Origin: an archaeon
Lineage (GTDB): Archaea; Undinarchaeota; CAZHTU01; JBDRCC01
NCBI GenBank assembly: GCA_043822065.1
Contig: JBDRCC010000021.1
Coordinates: 1 to 64,000 of the forward strand
Direction of reading: 5' to 3'
Length of the DNA stretch: 64,000 nt
The notes under the pieces were generated by a model. It made no database searches. It saw only the letters and a program-made list of their open reading frames with translations, and was not told the DNA's origin. Below, in pieces: positions 18,125-28,366 of the stretch. The position numbers and the translations under genes were made by a program. Position 1 is the first letter of the stretch. Each line of letters starts with the position of its first letter.

Positions 18125-19000
18125 ATGAAAAACACAACGGCATTTATGGTCATTTCAGTTTTAGTCCTCTCTCTGCTTCCCAATATTGCTTCGGCAGATG
18201 CCATCCCTCCGATGGCTGAAGTATACCTTGACTTAGGAAGTGAATACGCCTCAGCCGGAAATTTTTCCATAGAGCTGCTTAGATGCAGAAATTCAACCTT
18301 CGAAACCAGCTATCATATCGACCGCGATGCTGTTGACCTTAACATAAGCATATACGATCCTGAAAACGGCTGCTACTGGAAGCGGGGCAGCCCAGTCGCA
18401 AAATGCCGGAACGAAGTGTGCTTTGTTAACGAGGGCGTGCCCTACGGGAAGGATTTTATGCTGGCAATCTACGCCCCAGCCATTTCCAAAGTGTTTATAA
18501 CAAACAAGCTCAGGGCGGACCTCGGGCGCAACGAGTACCACATTGACCTTTCCGCTATCCTCCCAGAACAGGTTTTAGAAAACGCCACCGGCATCCAGAA
18601 AATAATTGATGTTGAAGTTACCGAAAGTGCTGAATTAAGCGCGTTCACCTATTTTGTGCTTGCCCTAGCCATTACCCTGATCCTCGAATCTTTGGTTGCC
18701 TTAGTATACCTGCCAACTATCAAGCTTAAAAATAAGGCGAATAAGATTCTGCGGTCAATACTCTATGCAAACATTATCTCCCTGCCAGCAGTCTGGATTC
18801 TGGTAGTATCCCTGCCCTTTTTCAGCATAATCGCGTTCGCCGAGATATTTGCCTTTGTCTTTGAGGCTTATTTCATCCATTGGATGAATAAAAAATACCT
18901 GGCGCTCAAGCAGGCGTTCAGGCTGAGCCTCATAATGAACCTGGTGAGCTTCTTTTTGGGCGGGGCAATACTCGTTGGCATCCTCGTGCAGCTAGCGTGA
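18125..19000 (+). CDS. Hypothetical membrane protein with signal peptide
   Basis: Signal peptide, extracellular domain, 4 C-terminal TMs (LT..LE, N..S, E.F.F..E). Confidence 0.75.
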   Translation: MKNTTAFMVISVLVLSLLPNIASADAIPPMAEVYLDLGSEYASAGNFSIELLRCRNSTFETSYHIDRDAVDLNISIYDPENGCYWKRGSPVAKCRNEVCFVNEGVPYGKDFMLAIYAPAISKVFITNKLRADLGRNEYHIDLSAILPEQVLENATGIQKIIDVEVTESAELSAFTYFVLALAITLILESLVALVYLPTIKLKNKANKILRSILYANIISLPAVWILVVSLPFFSIIAFAEIFAFVFEAYFIHWMNKKYLALKQAFRLSLIMNLVSFFLGGAILVGILVQLA

Positions 19001-19072
19001 TGCTGCGAAAAGCAGCGTACACGAAGCCAAATACAGCAAACTTTATAAACCGCCGAACCCCCCAGCGGTTCC

Positions 19073-22000
19073 ATGAAGAAGCTCGCATGCCTGCTTTGCC
19101 TGTTCCTTCTCCTTACCCCAGCGCTTGCACTTAGGGAGGGCGACTTCCTGCACCGAGTAGCCTACTACTGGGACATGCAGACCTCTGGCTTTTATGGGTT
19201 CCTCAGCGCCCTCCTTTCTTTCCTTGACGCGCTCGGGGACACCCAGGAGATGGCAGCCGCCCAAATGGGGGCAGCCTACTCAACCTACGACCTTGAAAAT
19301 CTTGCCCTCCCCCCAAGCTACAGCTATAGCTCAGCTAACTACCTGTCAAGCCGGCACCCTCCGACTGACGGCGCCCCGTCCAGCCTCATCTCATCCTACT
19401 GGGACGCCGCGAGAACAGCGAAAGAGGACAAGGTACGGTGCATGTTCAAGCCGTCCCTGTCCGGCCAGTACCTCTACTGCTTCCCAGACTGGCTCAAAAA
19501 AGTCAACGAAACAATAAAAGCAGCGGACTCCACCATGCTCTCGCTTTCAATGGTTCTGGACGGCGACCTCTCCATGCTCATCGAAAACGGCGCAGACGTG
19601 CCTGGCTACACCGGCACCCTGAAGGACTGCGCCGGCGACCTGGCAGAGCTCGCCGACTTGATGAAAGAGGACCCCTACAAGTCCTGCATGAACACAGGCT
19701 ACCGGAGCTTCACTGCATCCGTCCTGCCAGCCTACTGCACCTATGCAAAGGCGCCCCAATTCTCAGAGCGGTACAACGCCGCCCTTGGAGCCAAAACAGA
19801 TTCATTCTTCTTCCTCGTGCTCAGCCGCCACAACAAGTGCAGGCTCGACCTGATAGATGAGGACATCCGTACAGACAAAAAAATAGCCCAAAGCTCGGCT
19901 ACGCTCCAGAAGCTCAAAGCGCGCTTCGCGCCAGCTGAATACTACTGCAACATCACCCAGCACCACCTGCTCCTTCTCAACCCGCCTGCAGTCAGCGAAC
20001 AGAACTCCATCTCTGCCGCCCCCTCCAGTTCCCCATCGGGCACGCCCTCAGAAAACTGCGCCAAAATCCGGGAGCAAATCTCATCGGCAGACTTATCTCT
20101 GGCCGAGCTCGGCAAAACGCCAGTCTTCGGGAGGAAGTACGTCCTTGCAGGCGAGCTCGAATCCGCAGTCAGCCAGATTGAGCCCAACGTCGCATCCCTG
20201 GAGAAGGCTTCCGCCCTCCAGCCGCTCGCAGAAAAGCGCGCCGCAAGCGAGCTTTCCGAGCTTGAGAAAATCCGCGGAAAAATGTCAGAGCTCGAGCGCG
20301 CCGACACCGACAGCTTTTACAACAGCATCCTCATCAGCCTCTCAAAAAAGGACCTTTACTCCATCCTCTCCGCAATCGAGGCGGCCCAGGATTTTAGAGC
20401 GGCATACTCCCCAGCGGAAGAAAAGCAAACTAGCTGCGAGGGGCGCGCCAAGAAGATTTTTGCCTGCATCGGCGGCAGCCTTACCGCGCCCAAGGAGCAG
20501 CTCTTCTTCGAAAGCGCAGACAAAAAAGACGGGAGCGGCTATTCCCAGGAAGGCAAATACTGCGCCGCCCTCTACGGCTCCGGCTACTACCAGCTTGCAG
20601 GGGTTGAGCGCGCCGCAATGCTCGCCTACCCAAGCCTCGAACCCATGCGCAAGGAAACAATCCAGCTTTCATCATTCCTAAATTCCGCCGGGCTAAAAAT
20701 CAGCGACTCAGGCTACGCGCCATACGAGCACTACTTCGCCTCCGGCACCCTCTCCTACCTTGACGCCGCCTGCGACCTGAAGAAAATGCATGCCGCCTAC
20801 TCTTCAGCCTACGCCTCCCTCAACACCACGCTCAGCACCCAGGCAAGCCTCATCCTCAAAAACCTCATCGACTCCTCAGCCGAATACTCAACCAGCAAGA
20901 CAATCTACTCAGACCAGCCTGCCGTAATAAAGCTGGCATTCAAAATCAAAAACCCGACTGCCGCCCCCCTGCCGCCGGCAGAAACGGAAGTCTCCCCCCT
21001 CTACCCACCTGCTGATTCGTTCTACTACGAGCAGGACACCCCAGGCGGCAGGCTCCTGGCGTACTCATCCGGAAAAAGCATCCGGCTCCGCTTCCCGGCA
21101 ACACCGCCCGGTGCCGACTTTGAAGCCGCAGTCTTTTACGAGAGCCAGCTGCTTGAGAACTACGGCGAGGAGTGCACCAAGAAAGCCTACGGCAACGACA
21201 CAATCATCGAATGCCTGCTTGACTATGACTACGACCTCGAAGGATACTCAACCGGCTACACCCTCCTCCTCAGCTACTCAGACCAGCTTGCCGCAATCTT
21301 CGAGGACCCATCAAACCCAGGCTACATCAGCACCACCCCCTACGGCAAAAAGCTCCTGCGGAAGACGCTCTACAACACCGCCCCCCAGGAGGTTCTCCCC
21401 CCTACCAGCACCCTGCCTGCGGTCGAAAGCGCGCTCGAGCTTGCAGAGGCGCTGGAAATCAAGAGCGAAATCACGGGCGGGAACTACACCGCCGCACTCG
21501 AATACGCCGCAACCGCCCTTTTGGAATACCAGAACGGCAACAATGCCTCCGCAATATCAAATGCAAAAAAGGCGCTGGCCACGAAAGTGTTTGACAAGGA
21601 ATTCCTGAAGTTGCTTGATGCCGAGAAAACCCAGATGAAGGCCGGCGTCGACCTCCTCAACGCCGCCAGTGCAGCCCTTGCGCCTTTCGGGAAAGCCGAA
21701 CAGCTCGCAGGCCCGCTCGCCAGCCTCCAACAGGTTTTCGGGAGGTTCACCTCGGCAGTCGAATCCGAAGACATATCAGCCGTCGCGGAAAGCCGCGCAG
21801 AATTCAGGCTCGAGCATGAAAAGGCATACTCCCTTGCGGAATCCCTCGCCAGACAGGCGCTCTCTAACTCAACCTCTTCTGGCAGCATCCTGTCCCTTAA
21901 GGCCAGGGTCGAGGCCGCCGACTTAGAAACAATCGCCAGCACAAGCGTCAAGCCGGAAGTCTACGCATGGGCGAAAAGCAGGGAGTACCAGCAAATCCGC

Positions 22001-22477
22001 GAAAACCTCTTCCAGAAAAGGGACTTTGCCCTCGGCATCCTGAACGGCATTGCCGCAAACCTAACCTCCGCAGACCCTGTCCATGCGCTCATACTCGCCT
22101 CAGCCCAAACCGACGCTTCCCCTGCAGAAAGCTTCCTTCGCGACGTCCAGACGCTCAACGATACAGCCGAGTCTGCCATAGAAGGCACCGCCATCCTCAT
22201 GCGCCGCGGCCTGCTCAAGGGCGACGCAGACCTGCTCTATTCCTTCGCCTCGGGCTCATACGCCGAAGGCAAATACCTCGAAGCAGTAATCTACACCGAC
22301 TACATCGCCGCAGAGAAGAAGTCAACTCCAAGGAGCATCCTCTACACCCTCCTCTCCGCGCCGGCGCTCTTCATCCCCGGCGCCTACCTCTCCCGCAAAA
22401 AGCTCAAGGCGCTCTTCAGCAAAAAGCCTGAGGACGAAATCGGCAGGATAGAGCGCCAGCTCAGAAAGTTTAAGTAA
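19073..22477 (+). CDS. Large (1134 aa) surface protein with C-terminal TM anchor
   Basis: Signal peptide, helical Cys-containing regions, central beta-rich region, TM plus basic tail. Confidence 0.8.
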   Translation: MKKLACLLCLFLLLTPALALREGDFLHRVAYYWDMQTSGFYGFLSALLSFLDALGDTQEMAAAQMGAAYSTYDLENLALPPSYSYSSANYLSSRHPPTDGAPSSLISSYWDAARTAKEDKVRCMFKPSLSGQYLYCFPDWLKKVNETIKAADSTMLSLSMVLDGDLSMLIENGADVPGYTGTLKDCAGDLAELADLMKEDPYKSCMNTGYRSFTASVLPAYCTYAKAPQFSERYNAALGAKTDSFFFLVLSRHNKCRLDLIDEDIRTDKKIAQSSATLQKLKARFAPAEYYCNITQHHLLLLNPPAVSEQNSISAAPSSSPSGTPSENCAKIREQISSADLSLAELGKTPVFGRKYVLAGELESAVSQIEPNVASLEKASALQPLAEKRAASELSELEKIRGKMSELERADTDSFYNSILISLSKKDLYSILSAIEAAQDFRAAYSPAEEKQTSCEGRAKKIFACIGGSLTAPKEQLFFESADKKDGSGYSQEGKYCAALYGSGYYQLAGVERAAMLAYPSLEPMRKETIQLSSFLNSAGLKISDSGYAPYEHYFASGTLSYLDAACDLKKMHAAYSSAYASLNTTLSTQASLILKNLIDSSAEYSTSKTIYSDQPAVIKLAFKIKNPTAAPLPPAETEVSPLYPPADSFYYEQDTPGGRLLAYSSGKSIRLRFPATPPGADFEAAVFYESQLLENYGEECTKKAYGNDTIIECLLDYDYDLEGYSTGYTLLLSYSDQLAAIFEDPSNPGYISTTPYGKKLLRKTLYNTAPQEVLPPTSTLPAVESALELAEALEIKSEITGGNYTAALEYAATALLEYQNGNNASAISNAKKALATKVFDKEFLKLLDAEKTQMKAGVDLLNAASAALAPFGKAEQLAGPLASLQQVFGRFTSAVESEDISAVAESRAEFRLEHEKAYSLAESLARQALSNSTSSGSILSLKARVEAADLETIASTSVKPEVYAWAKSREYQQIRENLFQKRDFALGILNGIAANLTSADPVHALILASAQTDASPAESFLRDVQTLNDTAESAIEGTAILMRRGLLKGDADLLYSFASGSYAEGKYLEAVIYTDYIAAEKKSTPRSILYTLLSAPALFIPGAYLSRKKLKALFSKKPEDEIGRIERQLRKFK

Positions 22478-22497
22478 GCCCCTGATATACTACTCTC

Positions 22498-23217
22498 ATG
22501 AAAATACGGTACCTCGGGCACTCCTCTTTTGAGATAATCCTCCCGAAGCCGAAGGGCGAGGACATAAGAATCCTGACTGACCCGTTCTACTACGGCAGGT
22601 TCCCTGGCAACCCGCGGAAATACGACCCGATAAAGGCGGAGGACGTCTACGACTACATCCTCATAACCCACGAGCACTTCGACCACTGCGACTCCCAGCT
22701 CATCGACGAGATATACTCGGACCGGACAAAAATCATAACCACCCCTGACGCGGCGGCCAAAATCCACCACCCGTGCATCACCATGCTCGAGAACCAGGAG
22801 TACGCCGACGAGAACATAAGCCTACGTGCCGTCCACGCAGAGCACGGCAGCTCGGCGAAGCCAATCGGCTTCATGATAGAGTCCCCGGAGAAAATCTACT
22901 TCGCAGGCGACACCCGCCTTTACCAGAATATCGGGGAAATCCGCGCGCCGTTCCTCGCCTTCCTGCCAATCGGGGGAAGCTTCACGATGACAGTCGAAGA
23001 GGCGTCTTCAGCCGCAAGCCTCATCCGCCCGGCGCACCTCATACCGATGCACTACAACACCTGGGGCGTCATCGAGGCTGACACAGAGGAGCTAAAGGCA
23101 AGGCTGAAGGAAAAAACAGTCGCCACAAAGCTCCACGTCCTCAAGCCCGGGCAGGAAATTGAGCTAACTCCCTTTACCGGGCAGGAAGGGCAGACGTCAA
23201 TGCTGCCGCCTAGTTGA
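22498..23217 (+). CDS. Metallo-beta-lactamase fold hydrolase (UPF0173-like)
   Basis: LGHS, THEHFDH, AGDT, LPIGG, PMHY motifs. Confidence 0.9.
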   Translation: MKIRYLGHSSFEIILPKPKGEDIRILTDPFYYGRFPGNPRKYDPIKAEDVYDYILITHEHFDHCDSQLIDEIYSDRTKIITTPDAAAKIHHPCITMLENQEYADENISLRAVHAEHGSSAKPIGFMIESPEKIYFAGDTRLYQNIGEIRAPFLAFLPIGGSFTMTVEEASSAASLIRPAHLIPMHYNTWGVIEADTEELKARLKEKTVATKLHVLKPGQEIELTPFTGQEGQTSMLPPS

Positions 23218-23320
23218 GAACATTCCGCCTTTTATCGAGCCAGCACCTGAATTCCGTCTCAGCGACATCCATTTGGCTTTTGTAGAGGAGGTCAATCACT
23301 TCACCTATTTCCATGAACAT
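23210..23320 (-). CDS. Small protein (36 aa), not in ORF track
   Basis: TTTATATAG box and GGAGTGGTGG RBS precede MFMEIGEVIDLLYKSQ...RRNVLN. Confidence 0.45.
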   Translation of the reverse strand: MFMEIGEVIDLLYKSQMDVAETEFRCWLDKRRNVLN

Positions 23321-23424
23321 TTGAACCACCACCACTCCTATTCCTGGGCGCTATATAAACCGGAACACAGACCAGCTTGCCGGTAATACAAAAAAGCTAA
23401 GTATCCGCCCGCCATCTTCCAAGC

Positions 23425-24042
23425 ATGCTCATAGAACTCTCATTATTGCTCCTGTGCGCAGCCGCGGCATACCTGCTCTACTCCGATTTCAAATGGGCAA
23501 GCGTAATAGCTTTTGCCTCCCTCCTCCCAATCGCGCTTTACGTCGAGCAGAATGGAATCGCATCAGGCATATGGTCCTGGTCCCTCGGCGGGCCGTCAGT
23601 CCTCCAGGTTCCTATCACTGTAATCCTTTCCTATGCGGTCGGCGGCATGATAATCGCAGCGGTTTCAATCTCCCGCTACGACGACCGTGCGCAGGACTGG
23701 CCTGCGTTCAAGTACGCCCTACTGTTCGGCTTCCTGCTCTACGCCCTCGGCCCCCTCGCCTTCAAGGGCAGCCTCCACTTCCTTGGGAAGTTCATCCTCG
23801 CCTCAGCCATCCTCTACAAGCTCGGCTCAAGGCCCCTCGCCCTGGTCGGGGCGGCGGTTGCGTCTGCAGACTACGCTCTCGAGACTGCGGCGATTTACCT
23901 CGGCGAGCTCACCTACTACACGCCAACCTACGTCCAAGGCCTCCCGCCAAGCATCTTCCTCGGCATGGGGCTCGCGGCGATAATCTTCGGCGGGTTTGCA
24001 ATCATTCTTGACAAAAAGCTCCAGCAAACCAGGCTCCGCTGA
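23425..24042 (+). CDS. Multi-TM membrane protein with internal duplication
   Basis: Two similar halves (E..GI..G.W..P and E..AI..G...Y..P). Confidence 0.7.
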   Translation: MLIELSLLLLCAAAAYLLYSDFKWASVIAFASLLPIALYVEQNGIASGIWSWSLGGPSVLQVPITVILSYAVGGMIIAAVSISRYDDRAQDWPAFKYALLFGFLLYALGPLAFKGSLHFLGKFILASAILYKLGSRPLALVGAAVASADYALETAAIYLGELTYYTPTYVQGLPPSIFLGMGLAAIIFGGFAIILDKKLQQTRLR

Positions 24043-24086
24043 CGAATACCGGCAGGCTTAAATACCCACTCGCATTCCAGTAATCC

Positions 24087-25193
24087 ATGTCCGACCTTTT
24101 TACAGGCGCCGGCGGGGCAACGGTCTTCCGCAACGAGAGCGTCCTCTCCCCGGAATACCTGCCTGACCAGTTCCCCCACCGCGAGAACCAGATTCAGGAG
24201 GTCGCGAACTGCATCAAGCCGGCCCTTTCCGGCGGCAAGCCTTACAACTGCTTCATCTTCGGCCCGCCAGGCGTAGGGAAGACTGCGGTGGTCAACTTCG
24301 TTTTCAAGGAGCTCTCGGAATTCGAGCGCGTCACCCCAATCTACGTCAACTGCTGGGAGTACAACACCCGCCACGCAGTCCTGTCCAAGCTCCTCAACGA
24401 GATGGGCGGGATCGCCCCGCGCCGCGGGGTCGCGACCGACGAGGTCTTCGACAGGTTCCTCCGCCAGCTGAGGCAGACCACCCCGATAATCGCGCTCGAC
24501 GAGGTCGACCAGCTGATACGCCGCGACGGCTCCCAGCTCCTCTACGACCTTGTCCGCGCAAGGGAGCAGCAGAAAAACTCAAACCTCAGCGTCATCGCAA
24601 TCTCCAACGACCTCTTCATCATGCGCAACATCGACGCAAGGGTCAAGAGCTCGCTCGGGCAGGAGGAAATCAGCTTCAAGCCCTACTCCGAGCGCGAGCT
24701 TGAGGACATAATCAAGGAGCGCCTCGACATCGCATTCAGGAAGGGCTTTTACGAGCCCGCGATAATCAGCCTCACCGCGAAAGAGGCCGCAATGCGCGGC
24801 GGAGACGTCCGCTTCGCCCTCGAGTGCCTCTGGAAGGCAGGGCGAGAGGCAGACAAGGACGGCTCAAAGGTCAAGGCAAGCCACATGAAGACTGTCTTCG
24901 GAAAGACCGGCGACCTGCACGTCGAGGAGATGATACGCAGCCTCTCAGGGCACGAGCGCCTCATCCTCCGGACCATAGCCAAATACCCGGACGCAATCTC
25001 CGGCGAGATATTCACGAAATATTCGCTCCTCACCAAGGAGCCGGTCGCGGACAGGACGTTCCGCAACTACATCTCCCGGCTGGAAACCCTCAATCTGATA
25101 GAGACCCGCCCGACCGGCGAGGGAATGAAAGGGCAGTCGAGGATAATCTCCCTGAAAATCAGCCCGGAGACAGTCATCCGCTCCTCCAAATAG
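24087..25193 (+). CDS. cdc6: Cdc6/Orc1 family AAA+ ATPase
   Basis: Y.P...PHRE, GPPGVGKT, LDEVD, F.PY, GD.R motifs; C-terminal wHTH. Confidence 0.92.
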   Translation: MSDLFTGAGGATVFRNESVLSPEYLPDQFPHRENQIQEVANCIKPALSGGKPYNCFIFGPPGVGKTAVVNFVFKELSEFERVTPIYVNCWEYNTRHAVLSKLLNEMGGIAPRRGVATDEVFDRFLRQLRQTTPIIALDEVDQLIRRDGSQLLYDLVRAREQQKNSNLSVIAISNDLFIMRNIDARVKSSLGQEEISFKPYSERELEDIIKERLDIAFRKGFYEPAIISLTAKEAAMRGGDVRFALECLWKAGREADKDGSKVKASHMKTVFGKTGDLHVEEMIRSLSGHERLILRTIAKYPDAISGEIFTKYSLLTKEPVADRTFRNYISRLETLNLIETRPTGEGMKGQSRIISLKISPETVIRSSK

Positions 25194-25229
25194 CGAAACC
25201 TTATAACTTAGTTATACCAAATTACCCTT

Positions 25230-25610
25230 ATGCGCACGCCATGCGAACTAATCGTCAAGTTCTACCTTCCCGCGGTCCGCTCCCAGGTCGCGAAGGAGCT
25301 CGACAAGAAGGGCCTCACCCAGTCCGAGATAGCCAAGGTGCTCGGCGTCACCCAGGCGGCGGTAAGCAAGTACCTTTCCGGAAAGCTCGATCCGACAAGC
25401 AGCGCAATAAGCCGCCTTCCGGAGATAAAATCCACAGCCAAGGAAATCGCGGACGGGATTTACTCAAAAAAGCTCAACACGCACACCGCCCTTGCCAAGC
25501 TCTGCAGGACCTGCCGCAAGCTCAAGGGCGCGCACCATTTCTGCCCGTTCCACTCAGATCTCCAGCCCGGCTTCGACCAGGACTGCGCAATATGCTCCCA
25601 TAAAAGTTAA
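25230..25610 (+). CDS. XRE-type HTH regulator with C-terminal Cys/His cluster
   Basis: PCE......LPAVR, LTQSEIAKVLGVTQAAVSKY, C..C....C..H....C..C. Confidence 0.85.
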   Translation: MRTPCELIVKFYLPAVRSQVAKELDKKGLTQSEIAKVLGVTQAAVSKYLSGKLDPTSSAISRLPEIKSTAKEIADGIYSKKLNTHTALAKLCRTCRKLKGAHHFCPFHSDLQPGFDQDCAICSHKS

Positions 25611-25633
25611 AAAGGAGCCCCCACATTACCTAT

Positions 25634-26116
25634 ATGATGCCAATCTCAAGATTAAAGAGCAGGCTTTCTAGGAAGGCGCCTCAGATGCCCCAGGCTGCGG
25701 AGTTCCAGCAATCCTATGCCCGGCGCTCCTTCGAGGAAATGCCCCCACGGGAGGAGAAAATGGAACGGAAAGAAACTACTGAGAAAAAGGACCTTATAGA
25801 CCTTCTTGAAGAGGACATAACACAGGCGCTCTCAATAAAGGCCGAGCGCGACAAGCTCAAGGACAGGGTCCACGAGCTCGAGGACCGGTTTACCGAAATC
25901 GAGGAGCACAAGGAAGCCCGCCTGCGCGCGGACGCGAAGGCCGAGGACCTGGAAAACGACATAGTCAAGCTCAAGGACGACAAGGGCGCACTGGACGAGG
26001 ACATCAGGCGCCTGAAGGACGAGATTTCCGCCAAGGACGAGAAAATAAAGAAGTACGAAAAAGCCTTGCTTAGAATCAAGGAGAAAATCGTCGACTTCGA
26101 CAAGAAGCTAGACTAA
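25634..26116 (+). CDS. Coiled-coil protein
   Basis: Continuous heptad repeats. Confidence 0.75.
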   Translation: MMPISRLKSRLSRKAPQMPQAAEFQQSYARRSFEEMPPREEKMERKETTEKKDLIDLLEEDITQALSIKAERDKLKDRVHELEDRFTEIEEHKEARLRADAKAEDLENDIVKLKDDKGALDEDIRRLKDEISAKDEKIKKYEKALLRIKEKIVDFDKKLD

Positions 26117-26934
26117 ATCTTGTAATCGTCCAGATTTTCAAGAATGTAGCGGGCAACCTTGCCGCTCAATACATGCTCCCGCATCAGGTCCCTGGCTGCC
26201 CCCGTGTCCAGCTTTTCCTGCGACGCATAGTACGGCTTTTCAATGTACCCAACCATCTGGCTCCTGAACCGGTCGAGGCTCTCGTGGGCTTCCTTCCTCT
26301 GGATGCCCTTCCTGTGCAAATGTTCCACAAGGCCCAAGTCCCCTACCCCGGCTGAAACCTTTTTTACGACGCCGACCCACTTCAGCTTCGTCGTGAACCT
26401 GCGCCTGAGCTTGTACGGGACTGGAATCGTGCGCCTCGCCCTTATGCGCAGGTCAACCGCGAACTTTTCCGCGTCTGACTGCATAAGCCCATTTTCCTCC
26501 ACGTAGTCGTCCAGGATGAGGTGCCCCAGGTATCCGAGCCTGAAAGAATACCTCTCGATGTTCCAGCTCTTGCCTTTGAGCGCCACCGACCTTGCCGCCA
26601 TCGTCCCAACCCTTTTCTCGAACTCGCGTATCCTGCGCTGCTCTTCCCCCCTGGCTAACTCCTCCGTGCGCACGCGCGCCTTAAATACCATGAGCCTTCT
26701 GTGAAACTCCTCATCAGCGTCAGCCGCCAGCGTGTCTTTCGATATATGCGTGTGCTCCCTCTTTATCCTGGTGTTCCCCTCAAGGCGGTACAGGTCAGGG
26801 CACAGGCAGCCCCACAGGTAGGAGTTAATGTCAAAAGGCCCAAAGACGTACTGCCTCTGCCCAAGCCGCCAGTCGCTCTGTGCCTCGTTGTATATCTGCC
26901 CTGCGACGTACAGGTGCGCTATCGGCCATGCCAT
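26113..26934 (-). CDS. Zinc-dependent phospholipase C/P1 nuclease-like protein
   Basis: N-terminal H, G...PD, TH, GY..H...D motifs. Confidence 0.7.
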   Translation of the reverse strand: MAWPIAHLYVAGQIYNEAQSDWRLGQRQYVFGPFDINSYLWGCLCPDLYRLEGNTRIKREHTHISKDTLAADADEEFHRRLMVFKARVRTEELARGEEQRRIREFEKRVGTMAARSVALKGKSWNIERYSFRLGYLGHLILDDYVEENGLMQSDAEKFAVDLRIRARRTIPVPYKLRRRFTTKLKWVGVVKKVSAGVGDLGLVEHLHRKGIQRKEAHESLDRFRSQMVGYIEKPYYASQEKLDTGAARDLMREHVLSGKVARYILENLDDYKI

Positions 26935-26990
26935 AGGTTATACTTATCAGTCATCATTTAAAAACTTTGATAAAGGTGCTCGGTTCATCA

Positions 26991-27110
26991 CGAGCCCTTT
27001 CTTTTAGAAAAAGAAAGTGCTACGTTACCCCAAAGAAAACTACCATAGTCCTCCACTCACTCCGTTCGTACCCTCCAGCAAAGCTGAAGGTCGCTCCGCT
27101 CGGAACTATA
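26991..27110. repeat. Dispersed hairpin element, copy 1, with extra hairpins
   Basis: AGC-C-CTTTCTTTT/AAAAGAAAG-T-GCT ... CCAAAGAAAA-CTA, followed by TCGCTCCGCTC motif. Confidence 0.7.
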
Positions 27111-27274
27111 AAACAAACAAAAGGTAACTCGGCTCATCATCGTAGCTACTTTGTAGCCCCTCCGGCCGCACCCCTATTTTATCCTTACGCCTTTTTATAA
27201 CTTATGGCGCCCATTCCAGTTCTGAAACGCCATATTTATAAGCAATAAAACCCGCCGGGATTCTGGTGATTCTA

Positions 27275-27487
27275 ATGGATGAAAAGGAATACGGACGGAT
27301 AAAAAAGAGCGGCGACAGCGAAATCGTCATACGGGTCTCGAACTTCAAGGACGTGGACCGGGTCGACATACGCGAGTTCGTCAAGACCGAGAAATACACT
27401 GGCTTCACGAAGAAGGGGATAAGCCTCCCATTGAAGCAGCTTAACGCGCTGAGGCAGCTGCTGGCGTGCATCCAGCTGGACGCTTAG
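27275..27487 (+). CDS. PC4/YdbC-like ssDNA-binding protein
   Basis: VDIREF.......GFTKKGISL. Confidence 0.85.
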   Translation: MDEKEYGRIKKSGDSEIVIRVSNFKDVDRVDIREFVKTEKYTGFTKKGISLPLKQLNALRQLLACIQLDA

Positions 27488-27490
27488 GCG

Positions 27491-28288
27491 CTAGTCCTCT
27501 TTAGGCTTGACGAGCTTCCCGCTGGTCCACTCGCGGATTACTATTTTCGCCGCGGCTATGGTGTCCGGGACTCCCCCCTTCAGGAGCTTCCCGCGCCGCC
27601 TTGCGATTTCAATCAGGACCTCTTCAGGATCCCCGCTTACGCCGTACCTGTTGAAGACAACCTCCTCATTTTTCTCCATCAGGTACTTGAGTATGTCAAG
27701 CGCCGCCTTCTCCGGCCTCTTCATAAGGTCGGGGTCGACTGCGAACTTGAACGCGAGGCTCTCCTCTGACTCCCACCGCGGTATCACGCCGGGCGTGTCG
27801 TAAAGCAGTATGTTCTTCGAGACCCTTACCCACTGCTGGTGCTTGGTGTAGCCTGGGACGGGGGAAACCTTGGCAGCGCTCTTCCCCTTGAGCGCGTTGC
27901 TGAGCTGGCTCTTCCCGACGTTCGGGTAGCCGACCAGCGCGACCTTTGCGGGCAGCTGCGGCGCAACCCTGCGTATGGTGTCCCTCAGTATGGTCGTGCC
28001 GAGCTTTTTTGATGCCGACACGAAAACCGTCGGCGCAACCTTCTCAAGCTCCCGCTTTATCCGCTCAGCCTCTTCTTTTTCTATCAGGTCGCACTTGTTC
28101 ACAGCGAAAATGAGTCTCCTGCCGTACCTTCTGGCCCGTTCCTCGATGTCCTCCGCCCTCGTCCCCTGCGGGTTCCTTGCGTCGAGGACCTCTACTATGA
28201 CCTCCGCCCTCCTCAGTAGCATGTCCATCTTCCCGCGCTTCCCGAGCTTTTTGCGGCTGACGTGCTTTTTCTTTCTTCGCCCCTTCAT
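27491..28288 (-). CDS. YlqF/RbgA-family circularly permuted GTPase
   Basis: DAR.P, NKCDL, GYPNVGKS, PGYT, DTPG. Confidence 0.92.
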   Translation of the reverse strand: MKGRRKKKHVSRKKLGKRGKMDMLLRRAEVIVEVLDARNPQGTRAEDIEERARRYGRRLIFAVNKCDLIEKEEAERIKRELEKVAPTVFVSASKKLGTTILRDTIRRVAPQLPAKVALVGYPNVGKSQLSNALKGKSAAKVSPVPGYTKHQQWVRVSKNILLYDTPGVIPRWESEESLAFKFAVDPDLMKRPEKAALDILKYLMEKNEEVVFNRYGVSGDPEEVLIEIARRRGKLLKGGVPDTIAAAKIVIREWTSGKLVKPKED

Positions 28289-28366
28289 GCTGCTCTTCTA
28301 GATTACTAAATATAAGTAGGTGCTCTCCGGCATAATCGTTTTAAATTCGCGTTACATAGGAATTGC

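Noticed and set aside
24043-24086. Origin next to the visible cdc6
   Set aside because: The intergenic gap is only about 45 bp with no ORB or DUE.
26967-27200. 77-aa ORF
   Set aside because: It is a translation of the hairpin repeat region with no protein-like pattern.
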